A stretch of 64,000 nucleotides of DNA from Reclinomonas americana ATCC 50394. Lineage: Eukaryota. Each line of letters begins with the position of its first letter. Position 1 is the first letter of the stretch. Below, in pieces: positions 50,414 to 62,200 of the stretch. The DNA is taken from assembly GCA_048213135.1 (NCBI GenBank), contig PS015097.1, positions 10,679 to 74,678 on the forward strand. The letters run 5' to 3'. The translations under genes were made by a program, and so were the position numbers. Below the pieces are notes generated by a model. It did not search any database and was not told the origin of the DNA. It saw nothing but the letters and a program-made list of their open reading frames with translations.

Positions 50414-53191
50414 ATGTCCAAGTGTGAGTGACGTGCGCACACATGTGTCTCTCTCACTGTTTGCGCGCGTGTGCGTCTGTGAAAGCGCATCATGCAAACC
50501 CCTCTGCTGTTGTCTTTTGTGTGTGCGTTTCTTGCTTGTCGTACACACGCACGCTTTTCTTGCGCAAGTTTCTCCGTCGTGCCGGGGCTGTGCGTGCTCC
50601 CTCGTGTGCGTGCACCGTGTGTGCGTGTGTGCGTGTGTGAGTCGGCTCCGCACATGGGGGACATGTCCGTGTGTGTTGGCGCGCGAATTTGTGTGCCTCG
50701 TTTGCGTCCGTCGCCCTCCGCTCTCCCCGCCTCTTTCTCTCCCGCTGTCTATGTCGCTTCTCCGTTCACCTGTTGCATTTCTCACGCACCGGTGTGCGTG
50801 CTTTTCGGTGTGTGTTTGTGTTTTGTGTGCGCGCGCACTCGGTGCATTTCTCCACCATGGCGCGTGCCCCGCTCTCTTTCTTTTCCGCCGTCTTCTCCGC
50901 ACACACACACGCAGTGCAGTAGTTGTGCATGTGTGTCGCGCTGCTTCGTGGCGTGCATGGCTTGCGAGGAGAGAGCGCACATTTTTTTTGCCGCGCGACT
51001 TGTCTTCAATTTCGTTGACTTTTCCTCTTCTCCTCCCTCGATGCAGCACGATTCTTGGAGGCGGTGCGCCCCTTCATGTTCCTCGTTGCGTACCTATGCC
51101 CTGACATGCTGGTGGTTGTGTTGTTTCCCCCCATCACATTCTCATAATGTGTGCATTCATGCAACAGGTGCCCGAGGTGCCGAAGCCTCCGACCACTGCC
51201 CGCATCGACATCAAGGAGAAGATGCTGTGGACACTCGGAGGTCTGCTCCCTCACCTTTCAGCGAGTGGCGGTTGTTGTATCTGTGCTCACCTTTTTGTGC
51301 CAGTGCTCGCCATTTTCCTGGTGTGCTGCCAAGTACCGCTCTTCGGCGTCACGTTGCGTCGTCGTCGTCGTCGTCGCCGGTTGCTCGTGTTTGTTTTTCG
51401 CTCACGTGCGCATCTCCCACTCAGTGCCGCCGAGAGCTCGGATCCGTTCTACTGGATGCGTGTGATTTTGGTGCGTCTTGATTCCCTCGACACCCACCTT
51501 TACGATTGTCACTCATTTCTCCTTGTCTTGCAGGCTTCCAATCGGTGATTTACCGCACCTTTTTGCCGCTCGCCATCCCTCACCATGTGCTCACTCTTTT
51601 CCTTCTCTCTACTCTCTCAGTGGTACTCTGATGGAGCTCGGTGCGTGCCTGTTCAATCTTCATGTGTTTCTTGCATGCATAATCGGTCGCTCACTTTCCC
51701 CTCGCACACCAGGTATCTCGCCGATTGTGACCTCGGGTCTGATCATGCAGGTGCGTGTCGCATTCTCCTCCACTCTTCTCCTTACATATCCTGACTTGCA
51801 TTCGCCTGCGTAGCTGCTGGCTGGCGCCCGCATCATCGATGTGGACCAGAGCGTCAAGGAGGACCGTGCCCTGTTCAACGGTGCCCAGAAGCTCTTCTCG
51901 ATGCTGATGACTCTGATTGAGGCCATTGCGTACGTGTTCTCGGGCATGTACGGCCCCGTCAGCGAGATTGGTCTGTGGATTGCTCTGGCCCTGGTCATCC
52001 AGCTCACCGTGGCCGGCGTGATTTGCATTCTGCTCGTTGCGTCACCCGTGCCTATTCCCCAAGCTGCTGCTCGTCGCACTGATTCCTCTCTCCCCCCTCC
52101 TCTTCCTTTCCGCCCCACAGGACGAGCTGCTCCAGAAGGGCTACGGCCTCGGCTCGGGCATCTCGCTCTTCATCGCCACCAACATTTGCGAGACCATTGT
52201 GTGGAAGTCGTTCTCGCCGACGACCCTCAACATTGGCCGCGGCACTGAGTTCGAGGGCGCCGTGATTGCCCTGTTCCACCTGCTGATCACCAAGGCCGAC
52301 AAGACCCGTGCGCTGCGCGAGGCCTTCTACCGCCAGAACATGCCGAACTTGACCAACCTGCTGGCCACCGTGCTCGTCTTTGCCGTCGTCATCTACTTCC
52401 AGGGCTTCAAGTACAACCTAAGCTTGGCGTCTGCTGGGTGAGTGTGCATTCCCCACAGTAGGTTGTGTGTGTGTGAGAGAGACTCACTCACTTTTGTGCA
52501 CTTCCATCTCACAGGAGTAACCAGAAGCAACAGTATCCAATCAAACTATTCTACACCAGCAACATTCCAATCATTTTGCAGACGGCCCTGGTGTCGAACC
52601 TGTACTTTGTGTCTCAGGTGCTGTACCGCCGCTTCTCCGGCAACATTCTGATCAACATGCTCGGCAAGTGGGAGGAGCCCGAGTACGGCCAGGGCCAGTC
52701 GATCCCAGTCGGCGGCCTCGCCTACTACCTGTCGCCGCCGAGCACCATCACCGACATTCTCGCCGATCCCTTCCACACGGTGGTCTACGTGGCGTTTGTG
52801 CTGACGGCTTGCGCCCTGTTCTCCCGTGCTTGGATTGAGGTGTCCGGCAACTCGGTGCGCGACGTGGCCAAGCAGCTCGATGACCAGAAGGTGTGTGCAC
52901 TCCTCCTCGCACAACACGGCGGAGACACAGTTTACTCACAAAGTACATTCTCCCTCCCTTCCTCTGTTGCAGATGTTCATCTCTGGCTTCCGACCGGACA
53001 GCACCCGCAAGCAGCTGAAGAAGTACATCCCGATTGCTGCCTCGTTTGGCGGCATGTGCATTGGCGCTCTGACCATCATGGCCGATTTCCTCGGCGCGAT
53101 TGGCTCCGGCACTGGTATCCTTCTCGCCGTCACCATCATCTACCAGTACTACGAGGCACTGGAGAAGGAGCAGGAGAAGATTATCGGATAA
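50414..53191 (+). CDS. SEC61A: Protein transport protein Sec61 subunit alpha
   Basis: [88 protein letters not shown] and [13 protein letters not shown]. Eleven exons. Confidence 0.97.
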
Positions 53192-53584
53192 GCGATTCTT
53201 CAAGAGGCGGCGCACCACGTGGCATGTGACGTGGCTGCTGTCTGTGGGAGGCGACCGAGGAGATGAGACGAGTGGGAGGCTGACGAGGGATGCAATGTGG
53301 CGCGCGTGTGCGTTTTCTGTGCACCGCGCTCCGCGCCTCTCTTTTTAGATGGCCAACCTCGTTTTCTTTTCTTCTTTTTCGTTTCTCGGGGGCAGTGGTT
53401 TGTGTGTGCGTGTTGGGTGAGTGCGAGTGAGAGCGTTGCGGTATCCTGCGTGATAAAACAACAACAACAACAACAAGTAAAACAGTGAGACAAAAATCTA
53501 CTTCAGCACGAGCAAACAACAAAGGTCTTTGTACAGCGTTTATAAACAATAATACTCATTAGGGGGTGGTTGGTCGGCGAGCTG

Positions 53585-55250
53585 TCACCGCGCGTCGAGT
53601 GACAGTTCCTCGTCTTCGGAGTCGGTCAGGTCCAGTGAGAACTGACCGTCGGGGTCGCGGAAGCGGTGGAGCTGACCACGCAGCGGTTTCGCTGCGGACG
53701 AGGTGGCACCGGATCGCGATGGCTGCGGGAAAAAGTACGTGTTGCCACTCGGTGGCGACGATGCGGCGACAATCGCCGCCCCCACTGCCGCCGTGTCGGG
53801 GGACGGGCGGTGAGGATCAGTGGGCCAACGCCGAGAGGCTGCTGCCGCCGCCGGCGACGTGTCAGAGTCGTTGTCGGCTTCGTGTGCGCGCAATTCATCG
53901 TCATCATTATTACCACCAGCACCAGCACCACCACCACCACCACCACGTTTCGCGTTACCACCTCTACTCTCCACATCGCCGCGGCCAGCATCCGTGAAAT
54001 GGTCATACCTCTTCTTCTTGCCACTGCCGTCTTCCTCCTCTGCATCGCCTTCTTCACCACCGCCGTCGTCTTCGCCGTCGTCGTCGTCGTCGTCGCCGAC
54101 TTCTTCGTCGCCACCAAACGGACGACCGGCGGCTCTGTCAAGTGCCGCCGCAGCTCGTCGTCGCCGTCGCCGGCTCTTGTCTTGTGGTCGCAACTTTCTC
54201 GGCACACGTTTCGGTGGGCGGGCGGCCATCAAGGCGTCGGCCTCAAACTTCACACGTCGGTTTCCGCGCTCGCTTCCGGTTGCCAGTTCGTCGCCGACGG
54301 CGCCTGCGTCCTGCCCAGCGTCATCGAGGCGACGTCGGTGACTGATGAGAACGCTTCCAGGGAAACGCGAAGACCCACCACCAGCACCGCCACCCGCGGG
54401 ATCCAGCAAATCCGCCTCGTCGCCATCGTCGCCCTCGCCGCCATCATCATCCTCGTCGTCATCTTCGTCGCCGCTGCCACCGTCCAAATCGAGCAGATCC
54501 ACATCCTGATGCCGCGCGCGTGTGCGATACTGGTTCCAGATAATGATGAAGCGCGCAAACTGCACCGAGTAGCGCACAGCCATGGCCACACCCTCAATCA
54601 CCTCCTCGGCTGTGTCTGCCGCCGTGTTCTTGCCCGAATGCAGCGCATATGTCAGCAGCGCAAACACACACACCGCCGCCAACACCATGTCAAAAATGTG
54701 ACACCAACTCTGGAAGAAATGCTAAGGGAGGGAGTGTGTGTAAGTGCGGCAGGTGGGACAGGAGGAGTGCGATGGCGCACGCACCCTCCCCGTGTACCAC
54801 AGCTTCCATGCGACCTCGAGGACGAGGGCGACCGTCACAATGAATTCGAGCACCACATACCACGGTTGCAGCGATTTGCCAATGGTGGCCAGCGACTGTC
54901 ATATAACGAATTTGAGCCACATGCCACAGCGACACACCATGACTCTTCCACTCACCCACACAATGAGAAAGACATTGATGAGGGCCACAGCCAGCAGAAA
55001 CACACCAAACACCGGCGACACGTGACAGTGTGTCAGGCGGCTGCCCAGCGTCACCGTCGATATGGATGTCGGTGATCGCGCTGCGCACGCGCACAGGAGG
55101 TGAGGGGGCAGAAAGGGAGGGAGGGAGGGAGAGAGAGAGAGGAGGGAGGAGCAGGAGAGAAGGAATGCAAATGCAAACAAAGTAACGAGTTGTTGAACTA
55201 CGAAGCAAATACTCTCTCCTTTCAATCTTCACATATGCAGATGTACTCAT
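53585..55250 (-). CDS. Stand-alone voltage-sensor-like four-TM protein with a long acidic disordered tail
   Basis: S1 VFGVFLLAVALINVFLIVW; S2 YVVLEFIVTVALVLEVAWKLW; S3 FFQSWCHIFDMVL; S4 AMAVRYSVQFARFII. No pore region. Confidence 0.7.
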
Positions 55251-55269
55251 AAGCTCTTCCTGCACCACT

Positions 55270-55625
55270 AGCATGTCCAGCAGAGCACATCGCACACGCA
55301 CAAACGTGACTTCGAGATGTGCAAATCTGTTGTACAACGATGCCTCACTGCTTTCTCTCTCTGCACAAAATGCACTATACACGCACGAGCTCAGCAGTTC
55401 TGTGGCACACCCAGCAGAGCACACACGTTACATGCACACAAACGAAGCACTTTCAAGATGCGCAAATCCGTTGTTGTGCAACAAAGCCGACAAAAGCTCT
55501 CTCTGCTCTCCTTTCTTTCTACACATAATGTATGTGATGCACTGTACACACAAGAGCTCCACTCGCGCCACTCAGCAACAGCAAGGCATGCACACACACA
55601 AAAGTGAGGCACTTTCGACTCAGAA
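55270..55625. repeat. Degenerate tandem repeat of about 140-170 nt (2.5 copies) upstream of the VSD-like gene
   Basis: The block ccagcagagcaca..cacaaacg..ttc.agatg.gcaaatc.gttgt..atgcact.tacac.ca.gagctc recurs at about 55277 and 55411, with a partial copy at about 55572. Confidence 0.7.
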
Positions 55626-56146
55626 AAAATAGTGCAACTCACACACTCTTTCTTTCTACCCCCAATCTTCACACACGCGCATACACTTGCTTCGTCTCTG
55701 CCACACACCCATTCGCAAAACACAAAAGCGCGCGCCAAGTCAAAAGTCACTTCCACCGTCCATCGGGCCCACCGGCGCCCGACGAACGGACCGGTGCGTT
55801 GACCACTTTGGGTGTTTGTTTGCGGCGAGGTGTGTGTGTGTCAGAGGGTGTGCGTGTGAGAGAGTGCGTGTTCGCGTGTGACAACGAGAAGCACAAAAGA
55901 AAAGAAGTGCACTTTTCTCTCTATATTTTCCGCGGGCGCTTGCCCGACATCGCCCGCCGACTGTTGCTCGTTTTTTTTTCGGCGTTTCTCTCTTTACCTT
56001 GCTCTGTGCGTCACTCTGCCCGTGTGTCTCACCAAGTCGATAACCAAGGGGAAAAACAAAGAAAGTCACTCACTTTTATGACAGTCGTTGTCGTTGTTTC
56101 TCTCTTCACACACAGTGCAAAGGAGCCGGCGGCCTCTCGGGTGGTC

Positions 56147-58711
56147 ATGGATGGTGACTCTCTCAAACACACAGCACGCACGTACATCTCCATGCCACTC
56201 ACCCACTCTCTCTCTCTCTCAGCGTACGTGTCTCGCTTTGGTGGCGGAGGTGGCGGAGGCGGTGCCAGTGGAAGTGTAGGCGCCGGGCACTCGCTCGACT
56301 TCTCCCCGATTCCCATTCAAAAGGCGCCGGTGTATGGGCGCTCGTCGGCGGTGTCGGAGCCCGGTCAGCAGAGAGTGTCGTCGGCGGGTGGACGAAGCAA
56401 GCCGGCGGCGGGCAGCAGTGGTGGAGCAGGCAAGGCTGGTGAGTGCGGTGAAGTGCAGGAGCACGCTTGAAATGGCGATGCGTGTGTGCGTGTGTGTGTG
56501 TGTCATGATGGGATGGTTGGCGCGTGTGTGTGTGGGGGTAGAAGAGGCGACGTGGAGGCTGGTGAATTGGTTGATGTACTCGAGTGTAGTCTGTGTCGAG
56601 CGTCGATGTCGCGCTCCTTCTCACTCTCTGTTTGTGTCACCCGTGCACATACACTCTCTTGTTCTGTGTGCGGCGTATCCGTGTGAGAAAACATTGCGCG
56701 TGAGACACTGGTGCACGCGTTCAGTATATCGTTTTCGTCTTCTCTCCCTCTCTCTCCCCGTCACTCTCCTGTTCCCTTTGTGATCATTGACTGCGTGTGT
56801 GTGTGTCTGCACGTGTGCATTGCGTTTTCAGTAGAATTGGATTCTTTCGGCATCTTGAGCGTTGTGAAGTGACTCATTTTATTGTTGGTGTGCAGGTGCC
56901 GGACGCAACCTGAGTGCCACATACTCAGGCTCCTCCAGTGCCGCCGTTTCCGGCAACACGATTTCTGCTGAAGTTGCATTTCCTCGCCCGCGCTCACTCG
57001 AGCATTGCTTGCTGCTGTTGCTGATGTCGATCGTGTCAGGCATCACCGCTGTCGAACACGCTCACCACAATGGCGAATGGCGCGGCGTCGCGAGCAATCT
57101 CCGCTGGCGGTAGCATGGGATACGCTGGCGTAACGGTGCCGCTGCCGGCGCGCCGCAAGCTCAACTTGAACGCCTCGTCGCCTGGCGGACGAGTGCAGTC
57201 GCACCCTCCTCTGTCGAACGTCGATCTTAGCCTCGGCACCGTGACGTACCTCGAGACACTGGGCTCGTCACATCGGAAACGGGGCGGCAGCCCCGACGGC
57301 GCCCCCGAATCGGGTCGCCATGTTGCAGCACAGCGCGTGCAGCCACCACCATCACTACAGGCGCCGGCGCGTACCGACGGCACCGACACTTTTGTGGCCG
57401 ACATGGGCACCAAGGTGCTGAATGTGGACGGCGAGTTTGTCATTTCCCGTGCTCCGCTCAAGGTCGACCCGACAAGAGTTGCGTCCCCCCTTCTCACTGT
57501 CTTCTTTCCCCGCTTTGGTGAGGGAGCTGACGCGCGTCCACACTGTAGTTACTCGGTTCGGTGTCGCCACGGAAAACCACGGTGCAAGACTACAAGACGC
57601 TGGCCTTTGCGTGCCAGCGGGCGGGCAAGCTGCGACAAGAGGGACACGCGTACTACAACATGGGCGTGCTCTACGACAATGCTGGCAAGTACAAGTCAGC
57701 AATAGGGGCCTACAAGAAATTCCTCAACATTTCGCGGCGCATGGGCGACGTCAAGGGCGAAGCATTGGCACTCAACTGCCTGGGTGTGTGCTCTTCACGC
57801 GTCGGCTCTGAAGAGAGTCTGCGAGAGGCCATTGAGTATCACTTGGAGCATGGGTGCGTGATTGGTTGGCCACTTCCCACCTCCCCGTTTCCCTCTTTCT
57901 CACCCTGCGCGACACCAGTGAGATCTCGGACGATGGCGGTCGGTACGTGGCGCACACCAACCTGGGCCTGGTGTACGCCAACCTCAACATGGAGGAGGAG
58001 GCGGCGCGGCACTACCAGTATGCGCTGCAGTACGCTGTCAAACTCAACAATCTGGAGGGCGAAAGCGCTGCGCTTGCCAATCTTGCATTTTCCGGGCGCA
58101 AGGTTTGTGCACTGCTTTCTTTGTGACGGAAGTGCGGCTTGAGAGTGACGTGTGTGTGTGTGTGTGCGTGCAATGCAGGTGGGCGACGTGACCACCGCCA
58201 AGGCATGCATCGAGCGACACGTGGAGCTGGCCGAGACGCTGCATGACGACAGGGGGAAGACAATTGGATTGCACGAGCTGGGCAAGATTGCCGAGGAGGA
58301 GGGCGAGTTGGACGATGCACAGCGATTCTTTAGCGAGTCGCTGGATCTGGCCAAGAAGGTCGGTCGATCGGTGTTGTTGTTGTTGTTGTTTGTCACGTTT
58401 GTCGCTCACATCTGTCGGCGGGAAAAATGCAGCTGGGACGCGAGGCCGACGTGAATTCGGCCAAGTGCAGCATTGCGATTCTGCAAGCCAAGCGCCGCAT
58501 GGAGGAACACATGCGAGCTGTCGGTCGTCAGCTGACCACTGCCTCACCACCACGCGATCGTGCCGGAAGCTCGGCCGCCGCCGGCGGCGCTGGCGGGTCA
58601 GGACACGCACGGCATTCACGGCGAGGTGGCAGGCACGATGAAGACGAGGACGAGGAGGAGGAGGAGGACTTGCCACCGGTTTCCGAAAAGTTCCGAGTGG
58701 AAGATCTCTAA
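56147..58711 (+). CDS. TPR-repeat protein (TTC29/TTC28-like) with a Gly/Ser-rich N-terminus
   Basis: TPR units EGHAYYNMGVLY, GEALALNCLG, RYVAHTNLGLVY, ESAALANLA and GLHELGKI...FFSESLDLA. Confidence 0.8.
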
Positions 58712-59003
58712 GAAAACTAAGTGCGAGGGAGAGATGGTAGGTTTTTTTGTGAGTCTGCGGCCAGCGTCGTGCGCACACACAAGCGGGAGACGGAGGGAAG
58801 AGAGAAATAAGACGAAAAGAAAGCATGGCGATGAGCGGCGGAGTGTACGATCTGTCAATGGACGACAGTGACTGCAAGAAAAGAGAGGCTAAATTTGTCT
58901 CGACAGACAGTCTTTCATTTTTTGCATCTCCGTGTGTGCGAGAGAGTCACACTTCTCTGCTTGTTTTTTTGTCGCACGTAATCCACACTGTGTGCGTGCA
59001 CCA

Positions 59004-59259
59004 ATGGCGAGTGTAGAGGAAGAAGTGTTTGGAAGTTGCGTTTACACTCACACTCACACTCTTGTGTGGACACAAGGAAAAAAAGGGGAGCAGTTCCACA
59101 CAAAACAACTCACGCGCTCTCTCTCGCCTCTCACACACACGCGCTTGCTCTTGCGCACACAAGCACGCACATACACACACACTGCGCAGTCACACACGTG
59201 CGCACACGCGTACCACACATTCTCCGTCGAACCCAACTTGTCACCAAGAGAGAGAGTGG

Positions 59260-59294
<35 letters not shown>

Positions 59295-62200
59295 CACTCT
59301 CCCTCTCTGTGCGCACACAGATCTCTTTGCCGACGAGGTCATCGAGTATGAGGTATGTCGACGTGTGTGAGTGTGAGAGTGTGAATGTGACAGTGAGCAA
59401 CCACTTGCTCTTTGCGGACACGCCATGACCTCTTCTTCTTCTTCTCTCTCTCTCTCTGTCTTCATTAGCTTCCACGGGAGACTGAAGAGGAGCGAGTTGA
59501 GCGTCTCGTTCGGGATCTGTTGGAGAACTTTGCGGGAGATGCGGCGACGTTTGCGAGGCGACTGGGCGGTGGCGAGTTGATGCTGCGACCGGTGATGTTC
59601 CCGCCGGGACGATTCCCCGTGCTGCAGCCGTGCGTGGGCGAGCTGTACGTGGCGGCGAGGCGAGAGGCCGCGCAGTTGGCGTCGTTTGTGGAGGCCTTGT
59701 CGCGATTCGAGTACAGTGCGCTGGTGGAGGAGGTGGAGCGTGAGCTGGCGCGCGGTGAGCAGTGCCGCGAGAACGTGGCGGCGATTGTGGAGGCGGTGCG
59801 CGCGGATGGGAATGCGGAGGCGCATGAGGCGGCGTTGCGGGAGGCGTGTGCGGAGCGCGATCGCAGTGTGCAGGCGACGACTGCAGCACTGGATCGACTG
59901 GTTGAGCTGCTCACCAGTGCGTCGGCGTGCATCGCCGGTCATCTGCAGGTGCGCGACGAGTCGGCCGCCATTGTCGTGCAGCGGTGCAAGGAGCTCGTGG
60001 ATGCCTGGGTGCGTGTTTCATGTCCGCTTGAGTTGCTGTTGTTGTTATTGTTCACCGCCTGTTGTCCGACACAGAATGTGGCGCGCGAGTTGGAGTGCAG
60101 CGGCCGCAGTGGACGCGACAGTGGTGGCGATGGCGCGGCCGCGGCCGGCGGCTCTCACGATGCTGAGCCGACACTGATTGCGGCCTCGCCGACTCCACGC
60201 GGCGATGATCTCGACTCGCCCACGACGGTGTCGGTGGTGTCGACGGCGGTCACGCATGCGGCGGCCGATTCGTCGCCGACCAAGGTGGTGCATCAGTGGC
60301 TGCCGGCGATTGCCGAGACGACGGCGCTGGGCGAGTTGCGCGGTGAGTCACTCCCACCCCCTTTTTCTTTTCTCTTCTTCTTTGTCGCGCTCCTCACGCA
60401 TCAGTCGGCGTGGGAAACAGATGCTGTTGGCAAGTTTGGCGCGTTCGAGGAGTGGATGCGGACAATGTCGGAGCCGGTGCTGTCGCAGTTGCAGGAGCTC
60501 ATGCAGTGGGACCGCGAGTATCGGTTGAAGAAGAAGGGTCGCGACAAGACGCGTATTGCGCTGCAGCCGCGCATCTCGCAGCTGACCGGTGCGCTGGAAG
60601 AGCCGCTGCTGGCGGGCTCGCGGGCGGTGGGCCCCATCAAGGACGCGGCGGAGGTTATGCTGGAGCTCCTGTCCCCGATGGGCGTGCACATGCAGATGGT
60701 GCAGTGGAGGCGAGAGACCACGGCGTCGCTGCAGGCGCACTACTCGATGAGGCGTGACGCCATGCGAGAGACGTTGTCGAGTTGCGGAGATTTGTGGAGA
60801 GGGTGTTTTGCATGGAGTGGTTGTAGTGACATTGTTTTCTTTTCGGCTGTCGTGCAGCGGTGAAGAGCAAGGAGAGCACGCTGCGTGAGTTGCAGTTGGC
60901 GAATTCGTTGGTGGTTCACGCCAAGAGCCAGCGTCTGGATCTGGAGTTTGAGGCCGAGCGATTGGCACTGTTGGGTGCGACGGCCGACTGTGTTGCGCGA
61001 GTGCGGGTACAGATTGAAAAGTCGACCGAGCTGGCGCAGGCGGCGGAGAAGAATCTGGAGGAGTTGACACACAAGGTCGACGACATTATCGTGCGCTTCC
61101 CGGAAATGTCACTGGCCTCTGCCACGGTGCCGGTCACACTGCGGCGGCTGCAGTACACTGGACTGCAGATGAATCGCGTGTTGGCCGACTACGAAGTGGT
61201 CAGCAAGCTCGGGCAGCGCACAAATCGTGTTCGGTTTGTCGCCAGTGAGCACACAGCTTGCTGTTTGTGCCTTGCGTCAGCTCACTCATTTGTTTTTGTA
61301 ATGCAACAGGCGCCAGGGCAAGGTGTCGGTGCTGGTCGAGGTGCCGATGAGCGAGGACACGGACAACTATCTGCACACGATTGCGTTGCGTGCTGTCGCT
61401 ACACCATTGCTTATCGCTCGATGTGCGACTCAACTCTGTTGTTGCCGCACGCAGTGCACTTCACAAGGCACGTCACCCGGGCATCATTCCGCTGCTCGGT
61501 TTCTTTGTCGACGAGGGCAAGCTGTTCTTGGAGTATCCGTTTTACCAGAACAGCACCCTGCGGCGATACTTGGAGCGCGGGCGTGACGATTTTGAGATCC
61601 GTCACATTTGCTTCCTGCTGCTGCAGGCGCTCAATTTCCTGCACACCAACCACATTGTGCACGGCAATCTGCATTTGGATTCCATTTTTGTGGATGCGAA
61701 CGGTCAGCCGGTGCTGGCCGGCTTTGATGTGTGCAAGTCGCCCGATGTACCCGCCGTCTTGTGCAGGCGTGGTCGGCGTCAGCACGAAACGCGCGGTGGC
61801 GACGACTCGGATTCGAGCTCGTTTGTGGCGCCCGAGTTGTATGGCGGCCAGGAAGCGACGGCGGCGTCGGATATGTGGAGCTTTGGTGTGCTGCTGTACA
61901 AGGCGCGTGCGGGCCTCAAGCAAATGGTGACTGTGGTGAACAATCGCCTCTTCCAGTTTGCCCTCGGACCGAAGATCAAGGAGGAGGTGTGTGTTGTGTG
62001 TGTGTGTGTGTGCGTGGTTCTTCATTCACCACGCTTCATCATGCTGACATGTTTGTGTGATCGTAGGATGCGTGGTTGATTTCAGAGTTGATTGTGGTGG
62101 ACGGCACGCAGCGACTGACGGCGGCCGAGTCGCTGTGCCATCCGTTCTTCACGCATGCGTCGGTGGATCGCCTGCGACACAATGGTCTGTTGTTGGACCC

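Noticed and set aside
50857-51046. Sec61 alpha start at a nearer ATG with a non-GT donor
   Set aside because: The upstream exon ATGTCCAAGT|GTGAGT at 50414 gives a canonical in-frame solution.
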